A stretch of DNA of 35,710 bases, from the NCBI GenBank assembly GCA_000826855.1, contig JTLS01000065.1:1-35710 (forward strand), given 5' to 3'. Source of the DNA: Basidioascus undulatus (taxonomy: Eukaryota). The notes beneath the pieces are model-generated. The model ran no database searches. It was not told where the DNA came from and saw only the letters and a list, made by a program, of their open reading frames with translations. The translations under genes and the position numbers were made by a program. This document shows, one piece after another, positions 11,130-21,822 of this stretch (positions are counted from its first letter, which is position 1; each line of letters starts with the position of its first letter).

Positions 11130-14100
11130 ATGGCACCGGGACTAGCTGGCCCTATTGATGCGGCGTCAGGCATCCCCAGCGACATGCTCGCGCAAGGGAA
11201 GTGGTGGCGCAACCCAGGCATCCGTTCGTCGTCGTTCGCCTGCCTCGCTTCCAAACTGGCTGTACTGACCAATTTTGACACAGTCAAACTGAATATTCTT
11301 CTTCTCATTCCTTTCTTGACGAGTTATAACAACGGGTGCGATGGAACGATACGTACGATTTACGTTTTGTTCCACGTTTGGCTAAATCGATGCGGTGCCG
11401 CCCGCACCCGCTATCAGATTTGATGGCAGCATGATGAGTAAGCATCAATTTAACATACTTTTGGTCATGGGGACCTTGCTCTATAACAGCGAAACGGCTC
11501 CTGCAGACGGTCTGCAGCTCATCGACTCGTGGAACTTGTACTTCGACAAACCCGAGGGTGCTCAGCTTGGATTACTCAATGCCATCCAATCGATTGGAGC
11601 ATTGGTTCGTGTTTTCTTCAAATATTTGTGAAGCTTATTGTTTCTGATTAGGAAGACGTACGCGATCGTGCAGGTGTCTGCCATTCCTGCCTTTTGGCTT
11701 GCCGACAGGTTTGGACGCAGAGTAAACAGTTTCTCTTGAAAGAACATAAAAGTCGTTGCTGGCTAAGTCTTAAATTTCCAGTTCCCCATCATCTTTGGTG
11801 CTACGATCGTCCTTGTTGCAGCCATCTTGCAAGCCTGCGCCCAGAACATCGAAATGTTTACTGCGTCGCGCTTCTTCATTGGCTTCGGTGCGTACTCTGC
11901 CATACGGCTTAAGAAAGTTTGGGATTCATGGGTTAATGTTTCTGGTTTTTGTCTGAACAGGCACCACCTTTGCCCATCTCGCGTCACCCTTGCTCATCGT
12001 CCAGACCGCTTATCCCACACATCGCGCCAAGGCCAGTTTCAAGCTATGTGTCAAGTTTGAGCTGCATTGACATAGGAGGACCCACAGTTCGGAAGCTTGT
12101 ATAATGTGAGAGTTGAGCGAATAACTGGCCGTGTGCCTCAAGCAAGCACACCTGCAGCGTGACGGGATGCTGATGCATAGTCCGCATGCAGACGATGTGG
12201 TTCTCGGGTGCCATCGTTGCTGCCTGGGCCACTTGTAGGAAACCTGGCTGAAACGAACTTGTATTGGAGCTGACGGACACCCTCCTGGTACAGTCGGCAC
12301 ATTCCGGATCAGCAGCACGTGGAGCTGGCGCATCCCCAGCCTTCTCCAGGGCCTGGCTTCAATTATCCAGATCGCTTTCTTCGTAAGTCGTCCAGAAAAT
12401 TTTGTCTATATGGGGTGCAGGAAGTCGTTCTAACTTATTTATCCTGCAGTGGTGGATTCCGGAAAGCCCGAGGTGTGCTGAACACCGGCGAAACTACCGA
12501 GCCGCCACAGCCAGCTAACACTTGCTCTGATCTTCAGGTGGCTCATCAAAAATGTGAGTAATTCGTGTTCAACTCTGGTCTTTGTATGTGGGCTTATCTT
12601 GAGTATGGGCAATGAGGGGCGTAATGAAGAGGCCTTGAACATCTTGGCCCGCTTCCACGCAAACGGCGACAAGTAAGTGAATTCTACGCACCCAGGGTCA
12701 GGGTGCGTAGAAGGCCGGTGCTTGCAATCGTGCTGACGCTCCCATTTTTTCAGAGAGTCACCATTGGTGGTTGTATGTAGTGACGCTCATAAGCTGTCCA
12801 GGAGCGCGTCCTCATTGTGCCATCTGTCTTGATCAAATCCAGTTCGAAGCTGCCGAGATCAAGGAAGCAATCCGCATTGAGGAGGAAGCGACAGCTGGTG
12901 CCACACTCAAGTCGCTCTTCCAGAGCCGAGGCAACAGGAGGCGCATGCGCATTGTAGGTTGAACTGCCATGCTCTATACGGAAAGGTGCTCACTTTAGCT
13001 TTTCAGACAATTGGAATCGCCGTCTTCTCGCAGTGGAGCGGGAACGGTCTTATCTCGTAAGTTTTGCTTGCAGTGTCCAGTTCGTCACCTCACGCTACCT
13101 TGCACACCCAGGTACTACTTCGGCAAGATCATGAAGAGCGTAGGCATCCAGAGTCAAGACATGCAGACCCTCGTATGTAGTGCCGCGTATCATTGTCCCT
13201 GACGACACTGACTTTTGCTTCTGCAACCTCGAATCTGCAGTTGAATGGCTGCCTTCAGGTAAGCACTGTCGCAATCAAGAAATGATGCTGACCTGCTAAT
13301 ATCTTCTTCTACTTACAGATCTTCAACGCCCTCGTATGTGACGTTCCGCTTACTGTCAAAGTTTTTACTTCTTCTGACAAAGAAGGGTGCTGCACGCCGC
13401 AGGTGGCCGTGGGTGCGTCCTTGCTCGTTGAGCGTCTTGGCCGTCGCACGCTTTTCGTGTTCAGCAACGCCTTGATGCTCCTCTTCTGGTCGGCGCTCAC
13501 GGTATCTCCACTCGCCTCCGTTGCCCACTACGAGCGTTATCTCACGCATTCCTGCAGGCATGCACGGCCGTTTATGCGAAGCAACACAGCGTCGCTGCCG
13601 GCAATGTAGCGATCCTGTTCATCTTCCTCTGTAGGTCCTTAATTTTCGGTGAAACGCTCGGGTGCAGGAATGACCTGCGTATCTGCAGACAACTTCGCGT
13701 AAGCGTTAATATCCTGATATGAAGCCATGCCGTTAACTTCACCCTGTCGAGCACACAGCTATGCGATCGCCTATTCCCCTCTGCTGGTCCTTTACGTGCG
13801 TACCCAGAGTTTTTACCGTGCACTTCAGGGAAAAAATGCTTACCAAAATCCGCACTTCCAGGTCAGCGAGATCTGGCCGTACGGGCTTCGAGCCAAGGTT
13901 CGGAAGACTTACCTTACGGAGGGTATGAGGCGGAATCTGCTTCCTGAGTTTAACCTCAGGCGCTTTCCTTCATGAACGTCTGGGTCACAGCGGCCATTAT
14001 TTTTCAACCAGGTGGTTGTTTCTTCCCTATACCCAGTCCGGCGTGCTCATCCTGAGCTACTCGCTTCCCGCCCACAGCAAACCAACCCGAGTAAGCGTGT

Positions 14101-14544
14101 CTTGAAGTTCTTCCAGGGCGCCCGTCCACTGATGCAAAATATTGCTCTGCACAGTCGCCCAAGACGCCATGGAGTGGAGGTACTACTGCGTATACGTCGG
14201 CTGGCTGGTGTTCGAGGTCCGCTGTTCCGCAGTCTTTGTGCACATGCTCAGAAGCAGGATCTGACTGCGTCTGTTGCCCGGCTCCTCGCAGCTGGTGTTC
14301 ATCTGGTTCTTTTGTCTCGAAACGAAGGGTCGCACGCTCGAAGAGACGGTACGCACATCTACCTCCCTGGAGTCACATGAGCGTCTGACACCCTGCGTAC
14401 ATGCAGGCGCTGCTCTTCGACGGCAAGGCCGAGAACGTCGCTCTCGCCGGCGCGGATGAGATCGGCGCGTATACCCATGAGAAAGGCGATAATGAGAAGG
14501 ACGCGAAGGCGTCTGACGACATCATCCACGGCGAGAAGATCTGA
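11130..14544 (+). pseudogene. MFS sugar porter, lactose permease / cellodextrin transporter-like; full length but with a +1 frameshift near TM11
   Basis: About 29 exons give ...WWRNPGI...NGFDGSMMNGLQ...GLLNAIQSIG...ADRFGRR...AYPTHRA...WSWRIPSLLQ...PESPRWL...FHANGD...FSQWSGNGLISYY...VERLGRRTLF...EIWPYGLRAK...ETKGRTLEE...FDG; exon 13960..14011 is 52 nt where 51 is needed; stop TGA 14542-14544. Confidence 0.88.
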
Positions 14545-14634
14545 GGGCACCAAGGGCTGTGTGTGATTGTAGTGTTCGATGTGTTCCTTCCGTTGCGGCT
14601 GCAAGTCCAGTGCTTGTTGATTCGAAGATCATTT

Positions 14635-14705
14635 GTTTGTGCAGCTGTGCGATGCGTAATTCATTCGTTTGGGCAGCTGTGCGATGCGTAATTCATTCGT
14701 TTGTG
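14635..14705. repeat. Tandem duplication, 32-bp unit x2
   Basis: GCAGCTGTGCGATGCGTAATTCATTCGTTTG begins at 14641 and again at 14673. Confidence 0.95.
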
Positions 14706-14801
14706 TCTGTACCTTGTCGCCTCCCGGAAGCGCAAGTCGCTGCTTCTGCCCAAGCAGGTTCACCGCAAACTCAGCACAATCAATCAAATTAACCCCGAAA
14801 T

Positions 14802-15508
14802 TCAAGATCCGACCACCACACCCGCTCGTTCCCAGCCTCGTCTTGCCCACACGGGCCCTCTCCAGCGAATGAGCTCGACCTTCCCATACGCGACCTCCGC
14901 GCTCGTCTCGATCCTGAACCGCATCCTCCTCTTGCCCGCCTCCAAAAGCCATATCTTCGTTCTACCCCGCCCGCCCGTCCTCTAAGTTATTTCCCCTCCC
15001 CCACAAACTGTAAATAGGGAGAAAACAGTGAAGACGGAGCACGTACACGTCGTTCCTGAGCACCGCCTTCGACTGTGGGAGGAGCCAATCCCTCCACGCC
15101 TCCCTGAGCGCCATCTGGGTGCACGCGTCGAGCTCGAAGCGCGCCGCGCGGACGGGGCGCGCGACGGTCCAGAGACCCGCGCGCACGCGGCCCTCGGCAG
15201 GGAGGAGCGCGCGCGCGTCGGGCACGCGGTAGTAACGCAGCTCTTCGAGCGCCGAGTTGGCGAACCACGCGTTGGGCTTGATTGTTGCTGCTTGGACTGA
15301 GTTGGATTACGAGGGAAATCGTTAGTTAGTTGGTTCGAGAGGACGGGAGGAGGGGAGGAGGGAGAGGCACCGGCGTAGTGCTCTGCGGATCGGTTTGTCA
15401 GGATGATGCACGGCGGTGAGCGCGAGGTGAGCGTTGCGTTGACGACCAGCCGAAAGAGCGAGGTACAGCACCCCATCGTGTGCGAGCAAGCGTGAGTGGG
15501 AGTGGCAT
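14802..15508 (-). CDS. Small orphan protein (about 150 aa), start uncertain (ATG 15508 or 15476)
   Basis: GC-rich exons bounded by GT..CTRAC..YAG introns splice to ...EHYAVQAATIKPNAWFANSALEELRYYRVPD...LRNDVTKIWLLEAG...GVVVGS* (TGA 14802-14804); no family recognised. Confidence 0.6.
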
Positions 15509-15684
15509 GAAGAAAGCGCCACGATGTGAGAGCGCGACACAAGGCGGGGCGGGGAGCGGTCAGTCGTGTCTCGCATCGCGTCGCAGCCTGTCTTCTCCGA
15601 GAAGAAACCCAACGCGTCTCGCGAAAGCATATCCGGCGTCGCATGTCCTCTACCTCCCTCCCTCGCGTCCTCCCACGCACAAGC

Positions 15685-17793
15685 TCATCCCCCTCCGCCC
15701 GCCCTTGCGGCCTCCAACACCCTGACGACCCCGATCTGTGCCCTCCACACTCTCCTCTGCGCGCCCTCCTGCGCGCCGCCCTCCCATGCCGCCTCCGGCA
15801 GCCCGGCATCCACGAGCCACACCTCTGCGCCCGCGGCGCTCGGGCCGAACGCCGCGGACGGAAGCGCGGCGGGCACGAGGACGTGGTGTGGGATGACGGG
15901 GGCGGGGGCGGACGTCGGGGTGGGGCTTGGAAGGCCTACGGATTTTCGACGCGAAAAGAACAATGAAGAGGCAAGTTAATCAATGAGCAAAAAAGGAATG
16001 AAGATGAGGGGAATGCTGTGCGGGACAGAGCGTGTGGAAGAGAAGACGCACCAGTGTCAACGTCGAACCCGCTTGGCCAGCCAACCGAAACGACCAGCGC
16101 GGTGTTTGCTGTCCGCCTCGAAGCAAGCCACCCAAGCGCGCGGGGATAATCCTCATTCTCTCTGCGTTTTCTTCCCGCAACCGAGTCGTCCCCATCATCG
16201 ACCGCCTCGAGAATGAGCGCGGGCGTGGCGCCGGTGCTGAGTTCTGTCTCCAGCCAAAGAACCCCCTCAGTCCACTTCCTGCGCACCGGAAAGTAAGAAA
16301 GAAAAAGCCAGCGAAGACGAACGTTTCGGCGACCTCAACACGTTCCCCCCACTCGCCGCAACGTTCCTTACGCCCGCGTCAAAGCGCTCATCCTTCTTCC
16401 CGCCGCCGACGACGAAGACGTCCACGGCGGCGCGGCCCCAGAGCGCGAGCCAGCGCGCGGCGACGAGCGCGCACACGCCCTTTGTGGAGGACCGCCCGGC
16501 GAGGACGATGATGCGCGAGAGGGGGGAGGAGGGCAGACGGGGGAGGACGAAATCGGCTGGGATGAGGAGAGGGCGGGTAAGGGAAGAGGAGGAAGAAAGG
16601 GAGGGATGGAAGAGGAAGAGCGCACCGATTGAGCGGCCGACGGTTTCGGTGCGGTGCGAGGCGGATGGCCCGGTCACTGAGTCGGCGTAGGAGAGGGCTG
16701 CGGCTAGTTGCGCTCTGTGGGTGCCCAGCGCTTCAGGATAAAAAGCAGTTGTGGAGAGGCGAACGAGCTTACCGTGTGGCAGGTCTCAAGGGGTGCCCAT
16801 CCTCCGTCTCGAGCTCTTTGATCCCCTCTCCTTCTCCCTCACCGCCGAACGCTCCTTCTGCTCCCTCCCCTCCTATCCCCAACCTCCCTACAGCCACCTC
16901 CAGCCCCTCCGCGCCCTCCCCGCGCAGCTCCTCGTCCCCCAGCACGTTTTCGTTCCACGCATAGTTCCCGCGTTTGACATTGATCGCGTGCAGTCGCGTC
17001 GCCGGGTCTGTCGTGTCCAGCCGCGCGATCTCGTCGAGCACCGCGCGCTTGTCGAACTTGCGGAGGTTCGAATCGAAGTCGAAGTCCTCGCATGAGTAGG
17101 TGGACACGTCGTCCTCCGTCCAGTCGGAGAGGTGCGGCGCCGAGAGGTGCGCGGAGGGGTGCTTCTGGAAGCGGCGCGGGGCGGTGGGGGGGCGTCCTGG
17201 CGGGGCGGGGTCGGAGGTCAGGGGAGGCAAGAGGAATGAATTGGGCTTCAGCAGAGGAGGGCTGTACGTGAAGACTGTGGGTGTCCTCGGTGAGCAAGAG
17301 AGAAGACGCTGCGAGAGAGAAAGCACGGTGCACGCACAGAAACCAATATCCGCTCATCGTCCTCCGCCTCGCCCGGCTGAAACCCCTCATCGGTATCATA
17401 CCCCTGCACACCTGCATACCTCGCATACACTCCGTTCCCCTCCCTATTCCTCTTCCTCGCCCTTCTTCCTCCAAGCGCCGGGCTCGCCTGGCTCACGACA
17501 AACGAAGCGGGCGCCACGGCCACGCGAGCCGGCGTCGGTGGTGCTGGTGCTAGTGCTGGTGCGAGCGACTGCGGCGGCGGCGCGCCCGAAGCAAGTAATC
17601 TGAGGTCTTTGATTTCTGCGCGTGTGGCAGTGTAGCGGTCGAGGTAGTCTGGTGGGTTTGGCGAGAGAAAGTATGTTGCAGGCCCGATTACGAGGGACGC
17701 TGAGATCGGGTCGACCGAGAGGAGCGTCCCTTCGACCGTCGCGCCTGTGCTGAGGGTGAGGAGGAGCGTGTGACCTATGAAGGCGTCCGCCAT
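15685..17793 (-). CDS. EDC3: Enhancer of mRNA decapping 3 (Lsm + FDF + YjeF_N domains)
   Basis: N-terminal Lsm fold (MADAFIGHTLLLTLSTGATVEG...IKDL), FDF motif EDFDFDSNLRKFDKRAVLDEIARLD, degenerate YjeF_N (IVLAG...ALVAARWL...VSVGWPSGFDVDTG|...WLVDAGLP); last exon 15935..15685. Confidence 0.88.
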
Positions 17794-18655
17794 CGTTTGA
17801 GGGGCGATTGAGTGGATTGGGGGAGAAGGTGATGGTGTATATTATGGGAGGGGGGAACGCGGTGCGAGTGTGGACTCGCTAGGGCGCGGGACCCCAGCGG
17901 CAAGCAAAGCACCCCCCGTATGGGAGCACGCAGTGACTTTCGCAACAGCCCGTCGTGGGTCGTAACAACATCTTTTACCGAAAAGACAGACTCGATCGGT
18001 GTTGTGTACATGAAATTAAACTCTGTAAGGAAACACCGCCTACAGACCTTGTTCGATGGGCAATGAACTATATGAATATGTAACCGGTCACGTGTTTTCA
18101 ACGGGGGGCTGGCGCAATGGTAGCGCGTGCGACTCCAGATCGCAAGGTTATCCGTTCAAGTCGGGTGTCCCTCAACGGATTTGTTTCTGTTCCTCATCCA
18201 AATAATGAGCATGCCTCTTTCCCTTTTAGTCGTCTCATCTTTCAACTTTTGCACCCGTCACTGTCCTTCTACTGTCCCCCACCTTTTTTTCCCTACTCGG
18301 AAAGATCCAGACAACTTGAATGCTTTTCGCGTATCAGCCTGTGTGACAGAGACTGTTCTTCCATTGTCAGCCTTAACAGGGCATGTAGTATACGTAAGTG
18401 ATCACTTGGTACTTGAGCCTCCGCACACCTGTGAAAGCTGACTTACAGTCTTGAACCTGTGCGGCAGTTGTTCATCCCGCATTTTTCAGCACAGCCAAAC
18501 GACTACCTCGACTTTGCGCATGTAGCTCAGGCAAGTTCTCAGAACCGACCAGCGGTGATTCATTTGCTCTCAGATCCCACAGGGTACAAAGTGTTACAAG
18601 TGAGTGCAGAAGGCGAAAGGAGGGTAAAAACGGCAGAACGTGGCGGTGCTGGGCC

Positions 18656-19681
18656 TCAGGCGTTGCCCATGGGACGAGAGAGCATGTTCCGGCGCGAGGG
18701 CGGAGGGGCAGCGGCGCCGCCAAGAACGGCGGGAGGAGGGGACTTGAAGTCGGCCGCAGTCTTGATGGAGTAAACGTCCTGCGGGAACTGGTCGGCCTTG
18801 TACGCGCCGGGGAAGGAGACCGTGTCGCTCGGGACGTTGCTGCCGCTGCCGGTGACCTTGACCTGGATGCACGCCTGGACGTCGGCAAGGGCACACAGTT
18901 AAGTAATCGTAATCGCTCCTGAATGAAAGGAGGATAGAATAAGGTACTCACCGGGTAGAACTCGCCGGGAATCGACCCCAAGTTCACGAGCTCGTGCCGA
19001 ATCAAGTAGTTGCCCGGCTTGAGGTCGGCGGGCATCGTCGCTGACACGGGGCTACCAGCGGCGACCTTACTCTGGGCCCAGGTGCCCTTGTCGTCGATCA
19101 ACGTCTGCTCGTCGATCTTGAAGAACTTGACGGACGAGGGGTCGCTGCCGGGTTCGAACGAGCCCATGTAGGTGAAGATAGGGCCTGCGAGCGAAGATTA
19201 ATGATAAGCCGCGCAGGAAAGGACTTTCGTTCAGAGGAAGATGGTTACCTTTCTGGTGAGGCCAGGACTTGGACCATTGGAAGTCAATCTGGTACGTTGA
19301 GAGGCGAAATGAGCACACTGTACCAGTGCAGCATAATCGAAGTAAGGGACGAACCTTCGCGCCCGCTGCGACCTCAGGCATGTCCGTAGGAGTGACCGTG
19401 CCCTTCCCGCATACGAGCGACGCGTCGTTAATGGAGGAAATCGTAGCAGCCGGACCGTTCCCATCAGGCTACGGCAGGGAACACCACCAGTCAGTCACCT
19501 TGTCCTCGCGACAGGCCAGGAAGAAGGACAAGCTCACCTTGAAATACGGCCCAGGCGTAGTAGCGACGGTCTTGCCACCCAAATTGATAGACTCAACGAA
19601 GCCATGCGCGGACACGGCGGGGGAGAAAAGGAGGAGAACCGAAGCGACGGCAGCTGTGGCTATAGAGGAACCAGCCTTCAT
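18656..19681 (-). CDS. AA9 lytic polysaccharide monooxygenase (secreted), atypical second sphere
   Basis: Signal peptide then His1 (AVSA-HGFV), LVCG, WPHQK|GPIFTYM, KFFKIDE, LKPGNYLIRHE, EFYP|ACIQVKVTGSGS...VSFPGAY; 4 coding introns; TGA 18656-18658. Confidence 0.93.
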
Positions 19682-20115
19682 GTTGGAATGCAAGAGCTGT
19701 TGCAGCGCAGTCTTCGTCAATCATCAGATGCCAGTGTAGCGAAGGGTATAAATAGACTCACATTACCAAGAGAAAGTGTATCGATAAGCGAGCGTGCGCG
19801 AGCGATTGAGTGAGTAGAGAGAAGGAGGAAGTCGAAGCGGCGAGAAGAGGCATATAAGCACTCGGCCCACGACGAGGGAACCCGCCTCGGTGGCCGACGG
19901 TTCCATGAAACCGAACAGATAGACCTGAAAGTTCGGAAAACAAGGCCGGACCATGATGCCGTTTCGACAAAATGAAGGCAAGGGTGGCAAAACGCGTCGC
20001 GAACTCTGGGCCAGAGTCTGAAACGCTCAGCGAAACGCTGCATCGCGCGCCACTGTGGCAATTCTGTGAGCGTGCAGACTTTCGGGGAGCGCCGCGGTAA
20101 ACCCTCGTTACGCAC

Positions 20116-20520
20116 AGTGGGGTGGTGGAAGAGCTACCCAGTCTTCGCACTGGCAATCAGCGACAGCGTGTGCAAACGCGAGGTGCGGCTCAGAATGGCG
20201 AGGTCGATCGTTCCGTCCGTTGGTAGAGCGACGGGGAACTGCTTCAGAGCTCTGGGAATTGGAGCGGGTCGATTTATCAATTCCAAAAAACAAGCCGTAG
20301 GAACAACGTACCTCGCCACCCACGGTACCTGTCCGGCGTAAAGGTAGAGCATGTCGTCCTGAACGAGCGCCCAATTGCTCTCGGGTCCCTCCCCGTAACG
20401 CAGCGGGGGTAGTCCAGTGCCTTCCCACTTCGGCTCGGCCTCCGGAGACTTCCCTTCACCACCTGTGAGTCCCGCGGTCATGCGGCCTTTGCCGTCTTCT
20501 GCGACTTTGATGGTACCCAA
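20116..20520 (-). pseudogene. Isolated fragment of a sphingoid long-chain-base kinase (LCB4/5, DAG-kinase superfamily)
   Basis: LPPLRYG...MLYLYAGQVPWVAR|ALKQFPVALPTDGTIDLAI...KTG*LFHHPT; intron retained, TAG at 20134-20136, N-terminal catalytic domain and C-terminal DGE exon not visible. Confidence 0.75.
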
Positions 20521-21822
20521 GGCTCCGTGCTGGAGCAGTGTGATTGCCCAGCAGGAACAGCGACGACCCATACGATAATGTTCATTGAGGGAAACAGGTC
20601 AGCTGTTGAGTTTTCATTAGTTGAGGCCGAGGGACTCTCGCTCTGCGGACTCTTTGCGAGTACGGGAGGTACATCTGGTTGTGCAGTCTGGAGGCTGTCG
20701 GGAGAATAGTCCAGCATCGTGTTAATGCACCTCGGGAGTACGACGGCGTGATATTATAATCACAAAATCCTTCATTCTTCCGCTTTGTTGTGTTGTTGGA
20801 ACTCACCGCCTCAAAAGGTGCGGTCCAATTGTCTAGCGGAGGCGCAAACGGACAGGTCCCGGATGGCGTTCCTCTCACCTCGCACAACGGCGGAAGTGAC
20901 CACACGAAAGCGGACCACGGCACCCTCACGTTTCATAAAACGTCTCATATACTCCTTTGTGTACTTCGAAGTTGATCACCTCCTCGACCCACGTAGCTTC
21001 GATACCTCAAGGCGTACGCATACCACCTCAAGCCTGCCGAAGGAGCTGGAGCGGATTGGATTGCCATTGACGGAGACGCTGTGAGGCTGCAGGAATGTAC
21101 GGTCGAGGTGCATCAAGTCTTGGGGAGGGCCATTTCAATGTCTCGAACGTGGAAGACTGGGATGTAGACGGCCAGGAGGGGGCATTTCACGTACAGTCTC
21201 GTGGGTGTGCACGGCAGGTTCTTTCTGTAGTGCAAGGACCAGGCTCGGTACCCACAATCCTGGACGTGTGCGCACTCCAGCTGGCACCCAATAATTGCAA
21301 GAATTTCGCTGCCTTGCCTGCATTGAAATCCAACGGTCGAACGTTGAAGCGCTGCATCATATTGGCTTCGCTGCACACCTACTGCAACTGTGGCTGCTCA
21401 CCGCACATGCATGCCAACTGAAATTACTGCATTTTGAAAAAGCGCAGAGAATAAACTTAAAAATTTTGATGAGGGTTACTGTTATTGGGGCTCTCTCCAT
21501 TCCGCTACGGGTGCTGCTGCAAGGGTCCTCAACCGCGAGTCGATCACACAGCCGTCACGACACAGTTTGCATAGTGCGACAATACTAGCAACTTTGTTTG
21601 ATAGCATTCGGGGATGCATCGGTTAGTTGTTGCACCAACAGTCTTGTTGCTGATATCTTCCCATACCTCATGGGGAAACCGTGCGTGCTCCAGTTCAGTA
21701 CATCGCGAGACGCAGCACCCATTCTCCGCCCCAACCATCTCAGCCCACGCTCATGCTCGGAAGAAGGAAACTAACTAATAAGTCAAGACACCAAATTCGC
21801 AGCGTTCCCGTCCCGCATCGTC

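Noticed and set aside
14635..14705. CRISPR-like repeat
   Set aside because: Two abutting copies, no spacer, eukaryotic context.
15685..15963. Stand-alone 92-aa gene MFFSRRK...
   Set aside because: Better explained as the last exon of EDC3 (acceptor at 15936 continues DTG|LPS in phase and completes YjeF_N).
19983..19991. GGTGGCAAA, identical to the yeast Rpn4 PACE element
   Set aside because: Lies upstream of AA9, not RPN13; single 9-mer, likely chance.
8858..20136. Genome-wide TAG reassignment suggested by two in-frame TAGs (GH5, kinase fragment)
   Set aside because: TAG is the true terminator of CAP1 (31564) and of GH5 itself (7629); intact genes show no internal TAG; the esterase pseudogene has a TAA as well.
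20900..21700. Possible DNA-transposon remnant (AT-rich patch, Cys-rich short ORFs)
   Set aside because: No terminal inverted repeats, target-site duplication or transposase motif could be identified.
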